Below are positions 36,094-45,385 of a DNA stretch of 48,176 nucleotides, one piece after another. The stretch's first letter is position 1. Each line of letters starts with the position of its first letter. The notes beneath the pieces are model-generated. The model saw only the letters and a program-made list of their open reading frames with translations. It did no database searches and had not been told where the DNA came from. Both the position numbers and the translations under genes were made by a program. Origin of the DNA: a virus (lineage: Duplodnaviria > Caudoviricetes); IMG/VR virus record IMGVR_UViG_3300037483_000119, positions 1 to 48,176 of that record; one strand, written 5' to 3'.

Positions 36094-36986
36094 GTACGTT
36101 CGCTGATCTCACTGACAGGGTCATTGAGTCTCTTCAGACGTTCACGGCTGACCAGGATGAACAGACTTGGATCACTGTCGGCATTGATGCCGATGATCTG
36201 ACATTCACTGTCGATGAACCAAGGTTGATCTCTCAGGGCATTGTGGAGATCGATGATGAACAGCTTTGGGTGAAGAGCGTGGACAACCTGACTGGGATCG
36301 TCACTGTCTCCCCGTTCGGGAGAGGCTACCGTTCGTCGGTTGCTGCCACTCACGCATCGGGTTCCCGAATCATCGACTCGCCGATCATGCCTCGCATCAC
36401 TGTGAAGAACGCTATTCAGCGAGTCATCGACACTGTCTATCCAGACTTGTATGTCATCACGACCACTCGATTCCCGTACGTTGCCGCAAGGCAGACGTAC
36501 GCAATGCCTGCCACCACCGATCAGATTCACTCGGTTACATGGCAGTCAATTGGCCCTTCTCGGATCTGGTTGCCCATCACTCGATGGCAGTTCGATCCGT
36601 TGGCGGATGTGACGACGTTCCCGACTGGGAAGACCATCACCATTTTCCAATGCCCGGTGCCTGGTCGGGAGATGTCCGTCTCCTACATTGGTCCACCTGA
36701 CAATCTGGTGAATGACAGTGATGATTTCGCTACCGTCACTGGTCTCTCGATCACTGCGGAACAAGCGGTCATCTATGGTGCGTGTGGTCAATTGACTTCG
36801 CACATTGATTCCGCTCGTCTCAATCTCGCATCCGTAGAGGCAACTCTTCGATCTCAGCAGGTCCCTGCCGGATCGGCAATGAACCTATCCAAGTATTACT
36901 TTGGGCTGTATGACATGTTCATTCAGCAGGAAAGAGAGAGGCTATTGCGTCTATTCCCAACACCACAGCACTATAGGTACATGTAA
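36090..36986 (+). CDS. Head-tail adaptor / tail tubular A-like protein
   Basis: GTGA overlap; position before fibre and nozzle genes. Confidence 0.65.
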   Translation: MSTFADLTDRVIESLQTFTADQDEQTWITVGIDADDLTFTVDEPRLISQGIVEIDDEQLWVKSVDNLTGIVTVSPFGRGYRSSVAATHASGSRIIDSPIMPRITVKNAIQRVIDTVYPDLYVITTTRFPYVAARQTYAMPATTDQIHSVTWQSIGPSRIWLPITRWQFDPLADVTTFPTGKTITIFQCPVPGREMSVSYIGPPDNLVNDSDDFATVTGLSITAEQAVIYGACGQLTSHIDSARLNLASVEATLRSQQVPAGSAMNLSKYYFGLYDMFIQQERERLLRLFPTPQHYRYM

Positions 36987-37879
36987 TGGCCACTCGAAAG
37001 TATTCGTCTCAAGCAGTTGAGACGACTCTTACCGGGAACATCTCTTCTGGCGCTACCTCTATCGGGGTAGGGTCTGTGACTGGTTGGCCATCGACGTATC
37101 CCTACACGATCGTTCTCGACAAGGGTACGAGCAATGAAGAGATCATTGAGGTTACCAACGCAGCGGGTACCACCCTTACGGCCACTCGTGCGGTTGATGG
37201 AAGCACGGCCATTGCCCATTCCAATGGTGCGACTGTCGTTCATGCGGTCACTGCGAGGGACCTGAGAGAACCACAGAACCACATCGATGCATCGACCGCT
37301 GTCCATGGCATCACTGGTGCAGTGGTGGGAACCACTGACACCCAGACGGTCAGCAATAAGACCATGACCGCGACGTCATTGACGACTCCGATCATTGGCA
37401 GTTTCACGAACGCCACTCACGATCATTCGAATGCCGCTGGTGGCGGATTCGTTGCCTATCCTCGGACGAGCATTCGAAGGAATGCGTCGATGACGACCAC
37501 GAACAACACCGACACAACGGTGACACTGGATACGCCCGAGTATGAGATCGGAGCGGACTGGTGGTCTTCGGGCGCGAACATCACGATCCCATCGGATGGG
37601 ACTTACCTGGTATCGGCTTACGCCACGTTCCAGAACGCTGGAACGAACGGAGGCATTCGTGTCCTCCAGGTGAAGCGTGTGAGTGATTCAGTGAATATAC
37701 TTGAAGCCAATGCCACCGGATCGGGTGGTAGCTCTACCGACTGGTTCACTCCGATCGGTTCATACCCGTATGTGGGTACGGCTGGTCAACAGTTTTACGT
37801 GAATCTCAAGCAGACGTCTGGATCGACCATCACCATCTTTCAGGTTTCCGTCTCGTTCATTCTGCTAGCTAGGACGTAA
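36986..37879 (+). CDS. Tail fibre / receptor-binding protein
   Basis: TRAVDGSTAIAHSNGATV N-domain; HG..G.VVGT.DTQT..NKT motif; beta-rich C-terminus. Confidence 0.75.
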   Translation: MATRKYSSQAVETTLTGNISSGATSIGVGSVTGWPSTYPYTIVLDKGTSNEEIIEVTNAAGTTLTATRAVDGSTAIAHSNGATVVHAVTARDLREPQNHIDASTAVHGITGAVVGTTDTQTVSNKTMTATSLTTPIIGSFTNATHDHSNAAGGGFVAYPRTSIRRNASMTTTNNTDTTVTLDTPEYEIGADWWSSGANITIPSDGTYLVSAYATFQNAGTNGGIRVLQVKRVSDSVNILEANATGSGGSSTDWFTPIGSYPYVGTAGQQFYVNLKQTSGSTITIFQVSVSFILLART

Positions 37880-39763
37880 ATGGCTCACATTGTAGAACCG
37901 TTTCAGATCACCATTGGCGGTAGGCCAGAGTCTTCTGTCTCGTCCTACAGTGACCCGTACAACAACTATGACTATGCCCTTGGTGGGGTTCCGTTCTTGA
38001 GTGCCATCGACAATGAGCATCCAATGACTCGTTCGTCTGCTGAGTTCAAGAGACAACAGATCGACCAGAGTAATGAGCCTGGCGAGCAGTCTCTTACCGG
38101 TTGGTGGTTGCGTTCTCAGTCATCGTTTCACTTCGGATCTGGATTGAAGTATGAAGATCCAGCGATCGATGACACAGCCGCTACACGATTCAATGATTCA
38201 GAGGGAATCGATTGCTGGACCGAAGGCCAGGTCACCATGTTGAAGGAGACGAATCTTCTCAAGGCGAGTGGATCAACTGGGATTCAGCGAGTCATGTCCG
38301 GCACTCATGCCGGAGTTGACTACTACTTCAGGGTTGACGATGACGAGCTTTACAGGGGTGATGTAGCGGGCTCTGAGACGCTCGTACAGACCACAGCAGA
38401 GCCTATCCAGGACTGCACCACCAGCGGACAGTACGTGTACCTCTCGACGTCTCTGAAGATCTACCAGGTACCCATGGATGGTACGGGGGGTGTCGTCAAA
38501 TGGTCGTGGACCCCAGCGGGTACATCGGTCATTGGATGGAACAAAGAACGAATGATGCTCGGACTGGACAACGCTGTCTATGAGCTGTCGCTTGGTTCTG
38601 CGGTTCTTCCCACTGCCTTGTATACGCATCCCGACTCCGCATGGCGTTGGACCGACTTTGATGAAGGTCCAGTAGCGATCTATGCCAGTGGATACAACGG
38701 ATCTGCATCGAAGATCCTGAAGTTCGCTCTCGACCTGACTGGAGTTCTCCCTGTCTTGCAGGGTGGTGAAGTGGTGGCGGATCTTCCGACCGGTGAATAC
38801 ATCAATGTGATGTTCGGGTATCTTGGCGCATTCCTCACCCTTGGCACGTCCGCAGGCGTGAGGGTCGCTGCTCTTTCCGATACCGGCGCACTTGAGTACG
38901 GGCCGTTGATCGAGACTCCCAATCCGGTGCATGCCCTCTGCGCTAAGGGAAGCCACATGCTTGCCGAATACAATGGTGGATTCTCTGATGGTGGCTCTGG
39001 GCTTATTCGCATTGAGTTGCAGACCCTATTGCCCAATGGGCTATACGCATTCGCACCAGACCTTCAGACACATGCGGTTGGTTCAATCACATCCGCGTGC
39101 CTGTTCGGCAGTTCGCAAAGGATGCTGATGTGTGTCAATGACGTTGGTGTCTACATCGAGTCTGCAACGGATCTAGAGTCAACCGGTTTTCTCCGCACTG
39201 CTCGTATTCGCTACAACATGACATGGCCGAAGCTCTTCAAGCAGTTCAGCATTGACGCAACCGTTAATGGCACAATGACCGTTAGTGCCATCGATGCATC
39301 AGAGGTTGAGACGGTGATTGCGTCAATGAACATCAACAGTGATTTGCGTGATGATTTCCAGATCAACTATCCGGATTCTCCGCAAGCGTTCATGTCTTTG
39401 CGCTTCGCCTTCACGCGGAGCGCGACTGATGCCACCATGGGACCGACGTTCAGGTCTTATCAGTTGAAGTCTCTTCCCGCTGGACCTCGCCCTAGATCCT
39501 TCATCATCCCGTTTCTCTGCAATGACAAGGAGACGACCAAGGATGGCAAGAAGATGGGCCATCCGGGCTATGCGGTCGAGCGGCTTGAACTGGTGGAGGC
39601 ATTGGATTCTGCCGGTCAGGTGGTTCTCTTTGAGGATCTGGTGAATAATCGTTCATGGGTTGTCACCATTGAACAGATCGAGTTCAGGCAGATTGTTCCT
39701 CCTGCGAGGAACAGAGAGCAATGGGGCGGGATCCTCACTGTGTCTCTGCGAACGATCGCCTAA
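37880..39763 (+). CDS. Tail nozzle / tail tubular B-like protein
   Basis: 627 aa beta-rich; EPGEQSLTGWWLRSQSSFH motif; last tail gene. Confidence 0.7.
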   Translation: MAHIVEPFQITIGGRPESSVSSYSDPYNNYDYALGGVPFLSAIDNEHPMTRSSAEFKRQQIDQSNEPGEQSLTGWWLRSQSSFHFGSGLKYEDPAIDDTAATRFNDSEGIDCWTEGQVTMLKETNLLKASGSTGIQRVMSGTHAGVDYYFRVDDDELYRGDVAGSETLVQTTAEPIQDCTTSGQYVYLSTSLKIYQVPMDGTGGVVKWSWTPAGTSVIGWNKERMMLGLDNAVYELSLGSAVLPTALYTHPDSAWRWTDFDEGPVAIYASGYNGSASKILKFALDLTGVLPVLQGGEVVADLPTGEYINVMFGYLGAFLTLGTSAGVRVAALSDTGALEYGPLIETPNPVHALCAKGSHMLAEYNGGFSDGGSGLIRIELQTLLPNGLYAFAPDLQTHAVGSITSACLFGSSQRMLMCVNDVGVYIESATDLESTGFLRTARIRYNMTWPKLFKQFSIDATVNGTMTVSAIDASEVETVIASMNINSDLRDDFQINYPDSPQAFMSLRFAFTRSATDATMGPTFRSYQLKSLPAGPRPRSFIIPFLCNDKETTKDGKKMGHPGYAVERLELVEALDSAGQVVLFEDLVNNRSWVVTIEQIEFRQIVPPARNREQWGGILTVSLRTIA

Positions 39764-40254
39764 TGGACTGGAGTAGGAACGCAAGGCTTGTTCTTGCCCA
39801 TAGAGATGGTGGCCCTACCGATGGGCCATTGACCAAAGCGGTATGGATCGCTTCGGATGATGACCCTACTCAGGTAAGTGCGATCCAAGTAGCAATGAGA
39901 TGCAACCTGGAGAACTCCGCTCCGCATCTCGTGTATCACCCCATTGATGGGGAGTTCATTCAGATGGTCTCTCTGCACAGGAAAGCCAGTGCATTGGATG
40001 AGGCCAAAGACTATGTGCAAGTCCTAGTCGTTTCTCAGGACGCTAACCCATTCACGGAGTTCCCTTGCCCGAATCTACTTCACGTCGTGGCTTCACTCGA
40101 CTCATTGTCTGTACCTCGCTTGTGGCCTTCTGGGCCGCCAACGAAATACTCAGTCCGTGGTACGCATTCGGAAGCAGGGAACTACGGGGCGAGTCAAGTG
40201 ATGAACGGAAGAGGGCTTGGTGCCATCGACATAAGGAGATTGACGACTGTATGA
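39763..40254 (+). CDS. Amidase_2-like protein with catalytic residues apparently substituted
   Basis: KAVWIAS...APHLVY.P..GE.IQ...VP..WP.GPP...YGASQV...GAID scaffold. Confidence 0.55.
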   Translation: MDWSRNARLVLAHRDGGPTDGPLTKAVWIASDDDPTQVSAIQVAMRCNLENSAPHLVYHPIDGEFIQMVSLHRKASALDEAKDYVQVLVVSQDANPFTEFPCPNLLHVVASLDSLSVPRLWPSGPPTKYSVRGTHSEAGNYGASQVMNGRGLGAIDIRRLTTV

Positions 40255-40341
40255 GTGAGCCAATGCCGCCCGAAGTGGACGTGCCCGATGCCCATGATGG
40301 TGTTTCACAGGATCCATTGGAAGTATCGGAAGATGATGTAG

Positions 40342-41040
40342 ATGGCTAAGGCACTGACTCTTCTCCAAGATGCCGCTTCGCATCTTGGCAGGATCACGGG
40401 TAGGCCGAATGCTCCGACTCGATGGTATGCATCGACTCATGGACCAGCCTATGAGACTGCTCCTTGGTGTGACATGTTCGTTTCATGGGTCGCTATGAGA
40501 TGCGAAGCTTCCGACACGATTGGGAACTTCGCTCTATGCGCCGCTCATGTGAACTGGTTCAAGAGTAACGATCGGTTCGACAAGAAGCCGAAGAAGGGTG
40601 ACCTAGCATTCTTCGACTGGGACAACGATGGTGTGGCCGATCATGTCGGATTCGTTGAAGTGGTCCACTCGGATGGATCGATCGACTCGCTAGAGGGGAA
40701 TACTTCTAATCAGTGTAAGCGCAAGCGACGGTATCCATCTGACTTCCTTGGGTTCGGACATCCTGATTACTTTCCTGCTGACGTTGTTGATCGTCCTGAT
40801 CGCCCGAAGCCTGTAGACGAGATCCTTGCTACTTGTTCCTTTGGGAACAAGGGTAAGCGAGTAGAGAGGATGCAGAAGAGGCTTATCGCTTTCGGCTATC
40901 CACTCAGGAAGTATGGTGCCGATGGAATCTTCGGCAATGAAACCCTTGCTGCCGTGAAGGCATTCCAGAAGAGTCGCAAGCTCAAGGTTGATGGAATCGT
41001 TGGCCCCAAGACATGGAAGGAACTCCTTGCAGGAACCTAG
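40342..41040 (+). CDS. Endolysin: CHAP domain plus peptidoglycan-binding domain
   Basis: PWCDMFVSW, DHVGFVE, EGNT; ADGIFG.ET..AVKAFQ...L.VDGIVGP.TW. Confidence 0.92.
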   Translation: MAKALTLLQDAASHLGRITGRPNAPTRWYASTHGPAYETAPWCDMFVSWVAMRCEASDTIGNFALCAAHVNWFKSNDRFDKKPKKGDLAFFDWDNDGVADHVGFVEVVHSDGSIDSLEGNTSNQCKRKRRYPSDFLGFGHPDYFPADVVDRPDRPKPVDEILATCSFGNKGKRVERMQKRLIAFGYPLRKYGADGIFGNETLAAVKAFQKSRKLKVDGIVGPKTWKELLAGT

Positions 41041-41278
41041 CATTGGTCGAATCGTTCATTACTCCAGCTATGGGAGTAAGGGCGGTGAGTTCGTGCCCGG
41101 TGAATGCCGGGCAGCGATCGTGACTGCCGTTCACGATATGGACCCTTGTCCCGAGGATGGGATCCCGTACATCGGGCTCTGTGTCCTCAACCCGAATGGT
41201 GTCTACTTCAATACCTCTCGACATGATCCGGAGAAGAGTGGTGGATCCTGGCATTGGCCAGAGCGGATCGAAACCTAA
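41027..41278 (+). CDS. Conserved small protein (PSIGRIVHY...CRAAIVT...GLCVLNPNG..F...WHWPER)
   Basis: TTG start with SD; recognisable uncharacterised phage motif. Confidence 0.75.
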   Translation: MQEPSIGRIVHYSSYGSKGGEFVPGECRAAIVTAVHDMDPCPEDGIPYIGLCVLNPNGVYFNTSRHDPEKSGGSWHWPERIET

Positions 41279-41294
41279 GAACCCCGAAGCAACA

Positions 41295-41324
41295 GAGCCC
41301 CTAACCGTGATTGGTTAGGGGCTC
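41295..41324. terminator. Terminator between convergent late operon and recombinase
   Basis: 12-bp perfect stem gagcccctaacc/ggttaggggctc. Confidence 0.75.
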
Positions 41325-41333
41325 ATTGCTGTT

Positions 41334-42554
41334 CTACTGGACAGCTCGAAGCCATCGCTTGGGGGCGATGATGTTCGTTGCCGGTGCAGCGATAGGGAGT
41401 CTCTCCGGTCCTGCGGGACCGTTGTACTCTTCGAATCCCGGCAGACCATCCCTGAACTCGTCATCGAACCATTCGAGCCCCTTCACTGCCTTACGGTACT
41501 TCTCTTCCTCCTTGGTCATCTTGCGGTAACTCTGTTGAATGGTGTCGGCCTTCCGATGGTTGGATCCGGTAGCAGCAAGCCGGATCGCATCGGTATAGCC
41601 GTTCTCATCGAACGTATCGACCTGCTTGTTAATCATGTGATGCCTCGCGATGTGGCACCCCTGTCCCTCCTTGTGGATCCCAGCGGCCTTGAGAGCGTCT
41701 CTGAACCACACTCCCATTCCTTCCTTGGGCTTCCTCCTGTGGGGCTCGATGTGCCATGGCCTCACTGTGTCGTATCGCACGCTGCCAGTGTGTTTGACGT
41801 TGGGGAACACGTACCATTCCCCATGCTGGTCGATGCTTCCAAGCAGCTGCTTGTCGCATTGGGCCTGATACCAAGCCTTGTACGCTCCGAAGATCTGGAC
41901 CGTTTCGGGATTGAAGTAGTACGTTCCCCGACGAGTGCCCTTCTCGTTCCAAAACCCCATCTTCCAGTTGGGGAGATCGATGTCATTCCATCGGAGTCTT
42001 GCGATCTCACCAATCCTCCTCTCAGTGAGGAGGGTAATGAAGATGAGGTAATACTTCATCTCCCCGAACTGCTCAAGGGTAGTGGTGAGCAGATGCTTGA
42101 TCTGCTCGTCGGTGTACTCGACCCGTTCTTCACGGATCTCGTTGGGCATCTTCCCCTTGATGGGGTTCTTGAACTTGCGGACGACGTTCGTGGGCATGTG
42201 CTTGCCCATGAGTTCGTTGTCCAGCATCCAGTCAAAGAACGTTTGAAGCGCGACCTTTGCCTTACCTCGGGACGAGATCAGTCGTTCCGAGTAGTAGGCA
42301 ATGAAGGTAACGACGTGTTCCCGGTTGACATCTTGGGTAGTGATGTCGTCCTTCATCTTCATGTAGACGTCGTGGCTGACACGGCCATCCTCTTCACGGG
42401 CGTTCTTCCCGCATTGGATGCCAAGGATCAGCTTGTGGAACGTCTGAAGAGTGGACCGGTAGGTCGTGACGGTTGATTCACCCCACTCCTTTTCCTCGGT
42501 GTTCTCCTTTAGGAAAGCATCGATTGCTTTTCTCAGTTTCATTGGTCTCCCCAT
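41334..42554 (-). CDS. int: Tyrosine recombinase / integrase
   Basis: Core-binding domain; TERRIGEI (R), EKG (K), HIARH, NHR..DTIQQSY (H/Y). Confidence 0.88.
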   Translation of the reverse strand: MGRPMKLRKAIDAFLKENTEEKEWGESTVTTYRSTLQTFHKLILGIQCGKNAREEDGRVSHDVYMKMKDDITTQDVNREHVVTFIAYYSERLISSRGKAKVALQTFFDWMLDNELMGKHMPTNVVRKFKNPIKGKMPNEIREERVEYTDEQIKHLLTTTLEQFGEMKYYLIFITLLTERRIGEIARLRWNDIDLPNWKMGFWNEKGTRRGTYYFNPETVQIFGAYKAWYQAQCDKQLLGSIDQHGEWYVFPNVKHTGSVRYDTVRPWHIEPHRRKPKEGMGVWFRDALKAAGIHKEGQGCHIARHHMINKQVDTFDENGYTDAIRLAATGSNHRKADTIQQSYRKMTKEEEKYRKAVKGLEWFDDEFRDGLPGFEEYNGPAGPERLPIAAPATNIIAPKRWLRAVQ

Positions 42555-42725
42555 ACATTGATGTATTCCCGGAGACCATCAGCATCACTCTGCGTATACG
42601 GAATCAATGACATTCGTGTTCCATGTCTTGATTCCTTGTTCCAGCAGGAACACGAAACTGCGCTGTGACCTGCGGAAACGTGTTTGGCAAAGTGCCCGAT
42701 GATCTTGGTTGTCCGTCCTTGACGG

Positions 42726-42857
42726 TTACTCTTCGTGACGATCCGCCGCTGTGGACTCTTCCAGCGCGGACAGCATTGACGCTAGGGCATCCCGTTCCCT
42801 CGTCAGGTAGACGATCGCCTTACGGAGATCTCGTTTCGTTTCCCATGGCAACCTCAT
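42726..42857 (-). CDS. 43-aa hypothetical protein
   Basis: ATGA overlap with the 42854-43012 gene. Confidence 0.5.
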   Translation of the reverse strand: MRLPWETKRDLRKAIVYLTRERDALASMLSALEESTAADRHEE

Positions 42858-43012
42858 GGCGCTTCCCCGTCGTCGTGTCCTTCCTTCAGGATCTTCTGTA
42901 GTTGTTCCTCCACGTGTTCATCGGTCATCTCCCTGTCAACGACCTGCTCAATCAGCCCGAAGACTTCCTCAAACAGGGATGCCAACGGGTCATTGGGATC
43001 GAACCCTTCCAT
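42854..43012 (-). CDS. 52-aa acidic protein
   Basis: SD gggagg. Confidence 0.55.
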   Translation of the reverse strand: MEGFDPNDPLASLFEEVFGLIEQVVDREMTDEHVEEQLQKILKEGHDDGEAP

Positions 43013-43121
43013 TGATCCTCCCTATTGCCCCTGTACGGCCCTGAGAGACACGCACAGGGGCTAACGGCCTACGATGGGCACTCTCCCTAGGGATGGATTC
43101 CCTAGGGTCTTAGCGACCTTC

Positions 43122-43259
43122 TCAGAGCTTCGGATTGAACATGATTCCGAGGATCTCTTTCCATGACGTTCCCATGGATCGAAACCAGATGATGCATACG
43201 GCGATCGTCGCGAAGACGACGACGCCAACCACTGCGCCGAGCATGGATGACCCCTTCAT
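43122..43259 (-). CDS. 45-aa membrane micropeptide
   Basis: ATGA overlap; TM segment then GTSWKEILGIMFNP. Confidence 0.6.
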   Translation of the reverse strand: MKGSSMLGAVVGVVVFATIAVCIIWFRSMGTSWKEILGIMFNPKL

Positions 43260-43384
43260 TGATCTGGATCGAACAGGTTGCGAACTATCTCCCACCATGA
43301 CATACCGGCATTCCGATCAGGTCTCGTCTCGCATCCCACGATGACGACCATCCAGATAACGATGACGATGACCTCTCGGAACAT
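43256..43384 (-). CDS. 42-aa membrane micropeptide
   Basis: RBS aaaggattca; TM segment then GMSWWEIVRNLFDP. Confidence 0.6.
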   Translation of the reverse strand: MFREVIVIVIWMVVIVGCETRPDRNAGMSWWEIVRNLFDPDQ

Positions 43385-43594
43385 GGTGAATCCTTTACAT
43401 GTTGCTCGGGTTTGGCGAAGGAAGAACGTGGGATAGTTCTTTTAGTCAATCAATCACTAGTGGTTCGTCACAATGATCCGCCCCTCAAGGGCGGTAATAC
43501 ACTAGTGATAGATAGACTCTCTCCATTACTGTTGGTTTCCCAAGCCGCCCCGAGCATCGGTAAGGGAACAGCGCCAGATGCGCTGATGGAGAGA

Positions 43595-43632
43595 GAAAGG
43601 CCCTCACTCTACACTCAGGGTGAGGGCCTTTC
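43595..43632. terminator. Stem-loop terminator
   Basis: gaaaggccctcac...gtgagggcctttc. Confidence 0.7.
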
Positions 43633-43640
43633 GCTTGCCA

Positions 43641-43772
43641 TCATTCTCTCGGGCTGGCAATCATGAACTCATGCCACATGTGGCATTTACCGCAATACTC
43701 TTCTTCGATGTCCTTGGGATGGTGACTGACCATCCCGCATGACGGGCACGTGATCGATGGTTGATCGTCCAT
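43641..43772 (-). CDS. 43-aa Zn-ribbon (SITCPSCG...YCGKCH)
   Basis: Two CxxC pairs; motif common in actinophage microproteins. Confidence 0.65.
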   Translation of the reverse strand: MDDQPSITCPSCGMVSHHPKDIEEEYCGKCHMWHEFMIASPRE

Positions 43773-43775
43773 CGC

Positions 43776-43937
43776 TCAACCCTCACCGCTGTCCGGCGTA
43801 AGGTCGATGATGCGAAATCGCATCTCTTGCGCATCGCGCTCGATGGCTCGGACGCGAACCACCGTAGCGTAGTAGTAGATAGAGCCCGAGAGGGATCCAC
43901 CGAGGACTCCGTACGCGAACCCGGTGAAGCCGCTCAT
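43776..43937 (-). CDS. 53-aa membrane protein
   Basis: ATGA overlap; hydrophobic N-terminus. Confidence 0.5.
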   Translation of the reverse strand: MSGFTGFAYGVLGGSLSGSIYYYATVVRVRAIERDAQEMRFRIIDLTPDSGEG

Positions 43938-44257
43938 TCATGCATCTCCCTCAATTGCTCCATCATCGCAGGATCGTTGAACACCTTGTCGAAGACGTCG
44001 CGGATCAGGTCGGCATCCTCCATCGGGAAAGCCATTCGCATCTGAATGACGCCCTTACAGCTCGGGTCGTCATCGCATCCGCATGCCGTCATCACGACGA
44101 CATCCCAGCACGGAACACCATCGATCGCCCCGAAGGCGATACCGGTGATCTTCGCTGCGATCGCCTTCATGGCAAGGACGGCTTTCCTATCCGCCTCTGT
44201 TCCGTTAAGGATGTGTCCGGGAAGATTGGGCACTTCGATCGGTCGGCTCAGGTCCAT
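43934..44257 (-). CDS. Hypothetical protein
   Basis: SD gagggg. Confidence 0.65.
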   Translation of the reverse strand: MDLSRPIEVPNLPGHILNGTEADRKAVLAMKAIAAKITGIAFGAIDGVPCWDVVVMTACGCDDDPSCKGVIQMRMAFPMEDADLIRDVFDKVFNDPAMMEQLREMHE

Positions 44258-44258
44258 G

Positions 44259-44525
44259 TCATCCCCTCAAGTGCTTGATGTCATCGAGTGACCGATGCAT
44301 GACGTTCTCTTCCACGCCCTTCTCGACATGATCCCAGAGGATCAACCGAGCTTCGGAAGTCACTCCCTGTTCGGCCATCCCTTGGTCAACCATGATGCCG
44401 ATCGCGATGACCTTCTTCAGCAGCGCGAGGTAGTCATGGGACATCGCGCGGTATTGGATGTAGAAGTACACACTTCCACCACCACCGACAACGATGGCCA
44501 CTCCGCTAGCGATGAGACTGATCAC
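44259..44525 (-). CDS. Membrane-anchored hypothetical protein
   Basis: GTGA overlap; N-terminal TM segment. Confidence 0.6.
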   Translation of the reverse strand: MISLIASGVAIVVGGGGSVYFYIQYRAMSHDYLALLKKVIAIGIMVDQGMAEQGVTSEARLILWDHVEKGVEENVMHRSLDDIKHLRG

Positions 44526-45136
44526 TTGCCTCCCTTCCTCTTCTTCTTGCGAGATGCCCTTACACGGGGCTGAGTTGGCCCGTACGGGAACAGCTCTACC
44601 GGGTCGGTACTCAGAGGGTCGTACGACAGTACAGAGCCCCTCAATGCCTCTTGGCCCTCCTGAGAGGCATAGGGCGTGTAGGTGAAGATCCTTCTCATGC
44701 CCGCTGACCTCTCCGGAGTGAACCACTCATCCCACCACTCCATCGATTGGTGTGATTCGGGATGCATTGACGCATCCAGTAGGTATTGACCCTCTGCCAT
44801 CGACAGGGGCTCACCCTCCATCTCACACCCATACGGGCAGAGCATCGGATCCGCCACGCCCCACAGTCGGCAGATCATGGGCCGGACTTCATGCCCCTTG
44901 CACTTGCCGGTGTTCCGGTCGAGAGCAGGGCAGGCGTATCGATCCGGTTGGTTCCGATGGTCGTGAAGCATCCTCTCTGACGAGGGGATGCGAAGCCCTC
45001 TCTCCTTCAGCCGTGCTAGTTCGTGCTCTCCCATCTGGATGGGACCACAGGAGTCATAGCACAGACCCTTGCACTTGATGGCTGGCACTTGGGCATACAG
45101 ACCTTCAAGCCAAGCATCTTTCTCTTTGCGATTCAT
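44522..45136 (-). CDS. YkgJ-family cysteine-cluster (Zn/Fe-S) protein
   Basis: CKGLC..SCGPI...CPAL...C..HEVRPMICRLWG...CPYGC. Confidence 0.8.
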   Translation of the reverse strand: MNRKEKDAWLEGLYAQVPAIKCKGLCYDSCGPIQMGEHELARLKERGLRIPSSERMLHDHRNQPDRYACPALDRNTGKCKGHEVRPMICRLWGVADPMLCPYGCEMEGEPLSMAEGQYLLDASMHPESHQSMEWWDEWFTPERSAGMRRIFTYTPYASQEGQEALRGSVLSYDPLSTDPVELFPYGPTQPRVRASRKKKRKGGK

Positions 45137-45184
45137 CGGCCCTCTTGCATGGTTGGGATGATCACCCTCGGGGATAGATCGATC

Positions 45185-45385
45185 ATGATTCAGATCGGAG
45201 AGGTACCAGGGCGCTTCTCATTCTCCGCACTGGAGAGGTTCCTTCGATGCGAGAAGCAATGGGAGCTCTCATACCTTCATGTCCTTCCGAGGGGGAGTGG
45301 ATGGGCCTCCGTTGGAGGATCATCCGTACATCTCGGGACAGAGCGCTATGACCTGTGGAGGCATCACCGTGTGTCCGTCCTGTGA
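45185..45385 (+). CDS. Cas4/RecB-like exonuclease, N-terminal fragment
   Basis: FSFSALERFLRCEKQWELSY...WASVGGSSVH (S.S.L..F..C and G..H motifs). Confidence 0.75.
   Translation: MIQIGEVPGRFSFSALERFLRCEKQWELSYLHVLPRGSGWASVGGSSVHLGTERYDLWRHHRVSVL

Noticed and set aside
41535-42476. 313-aa antisense ORF over the recombinase
   Set aside because: Shadow frame; no SD or recognisable domain.
43028-43128. ctgagag/cctaggg-rich patches (also near 6320-6430 and 12750-12820) as a repeat family
   Set aside because: Similar in composition, but I could not align them into a consistent motif by eye.
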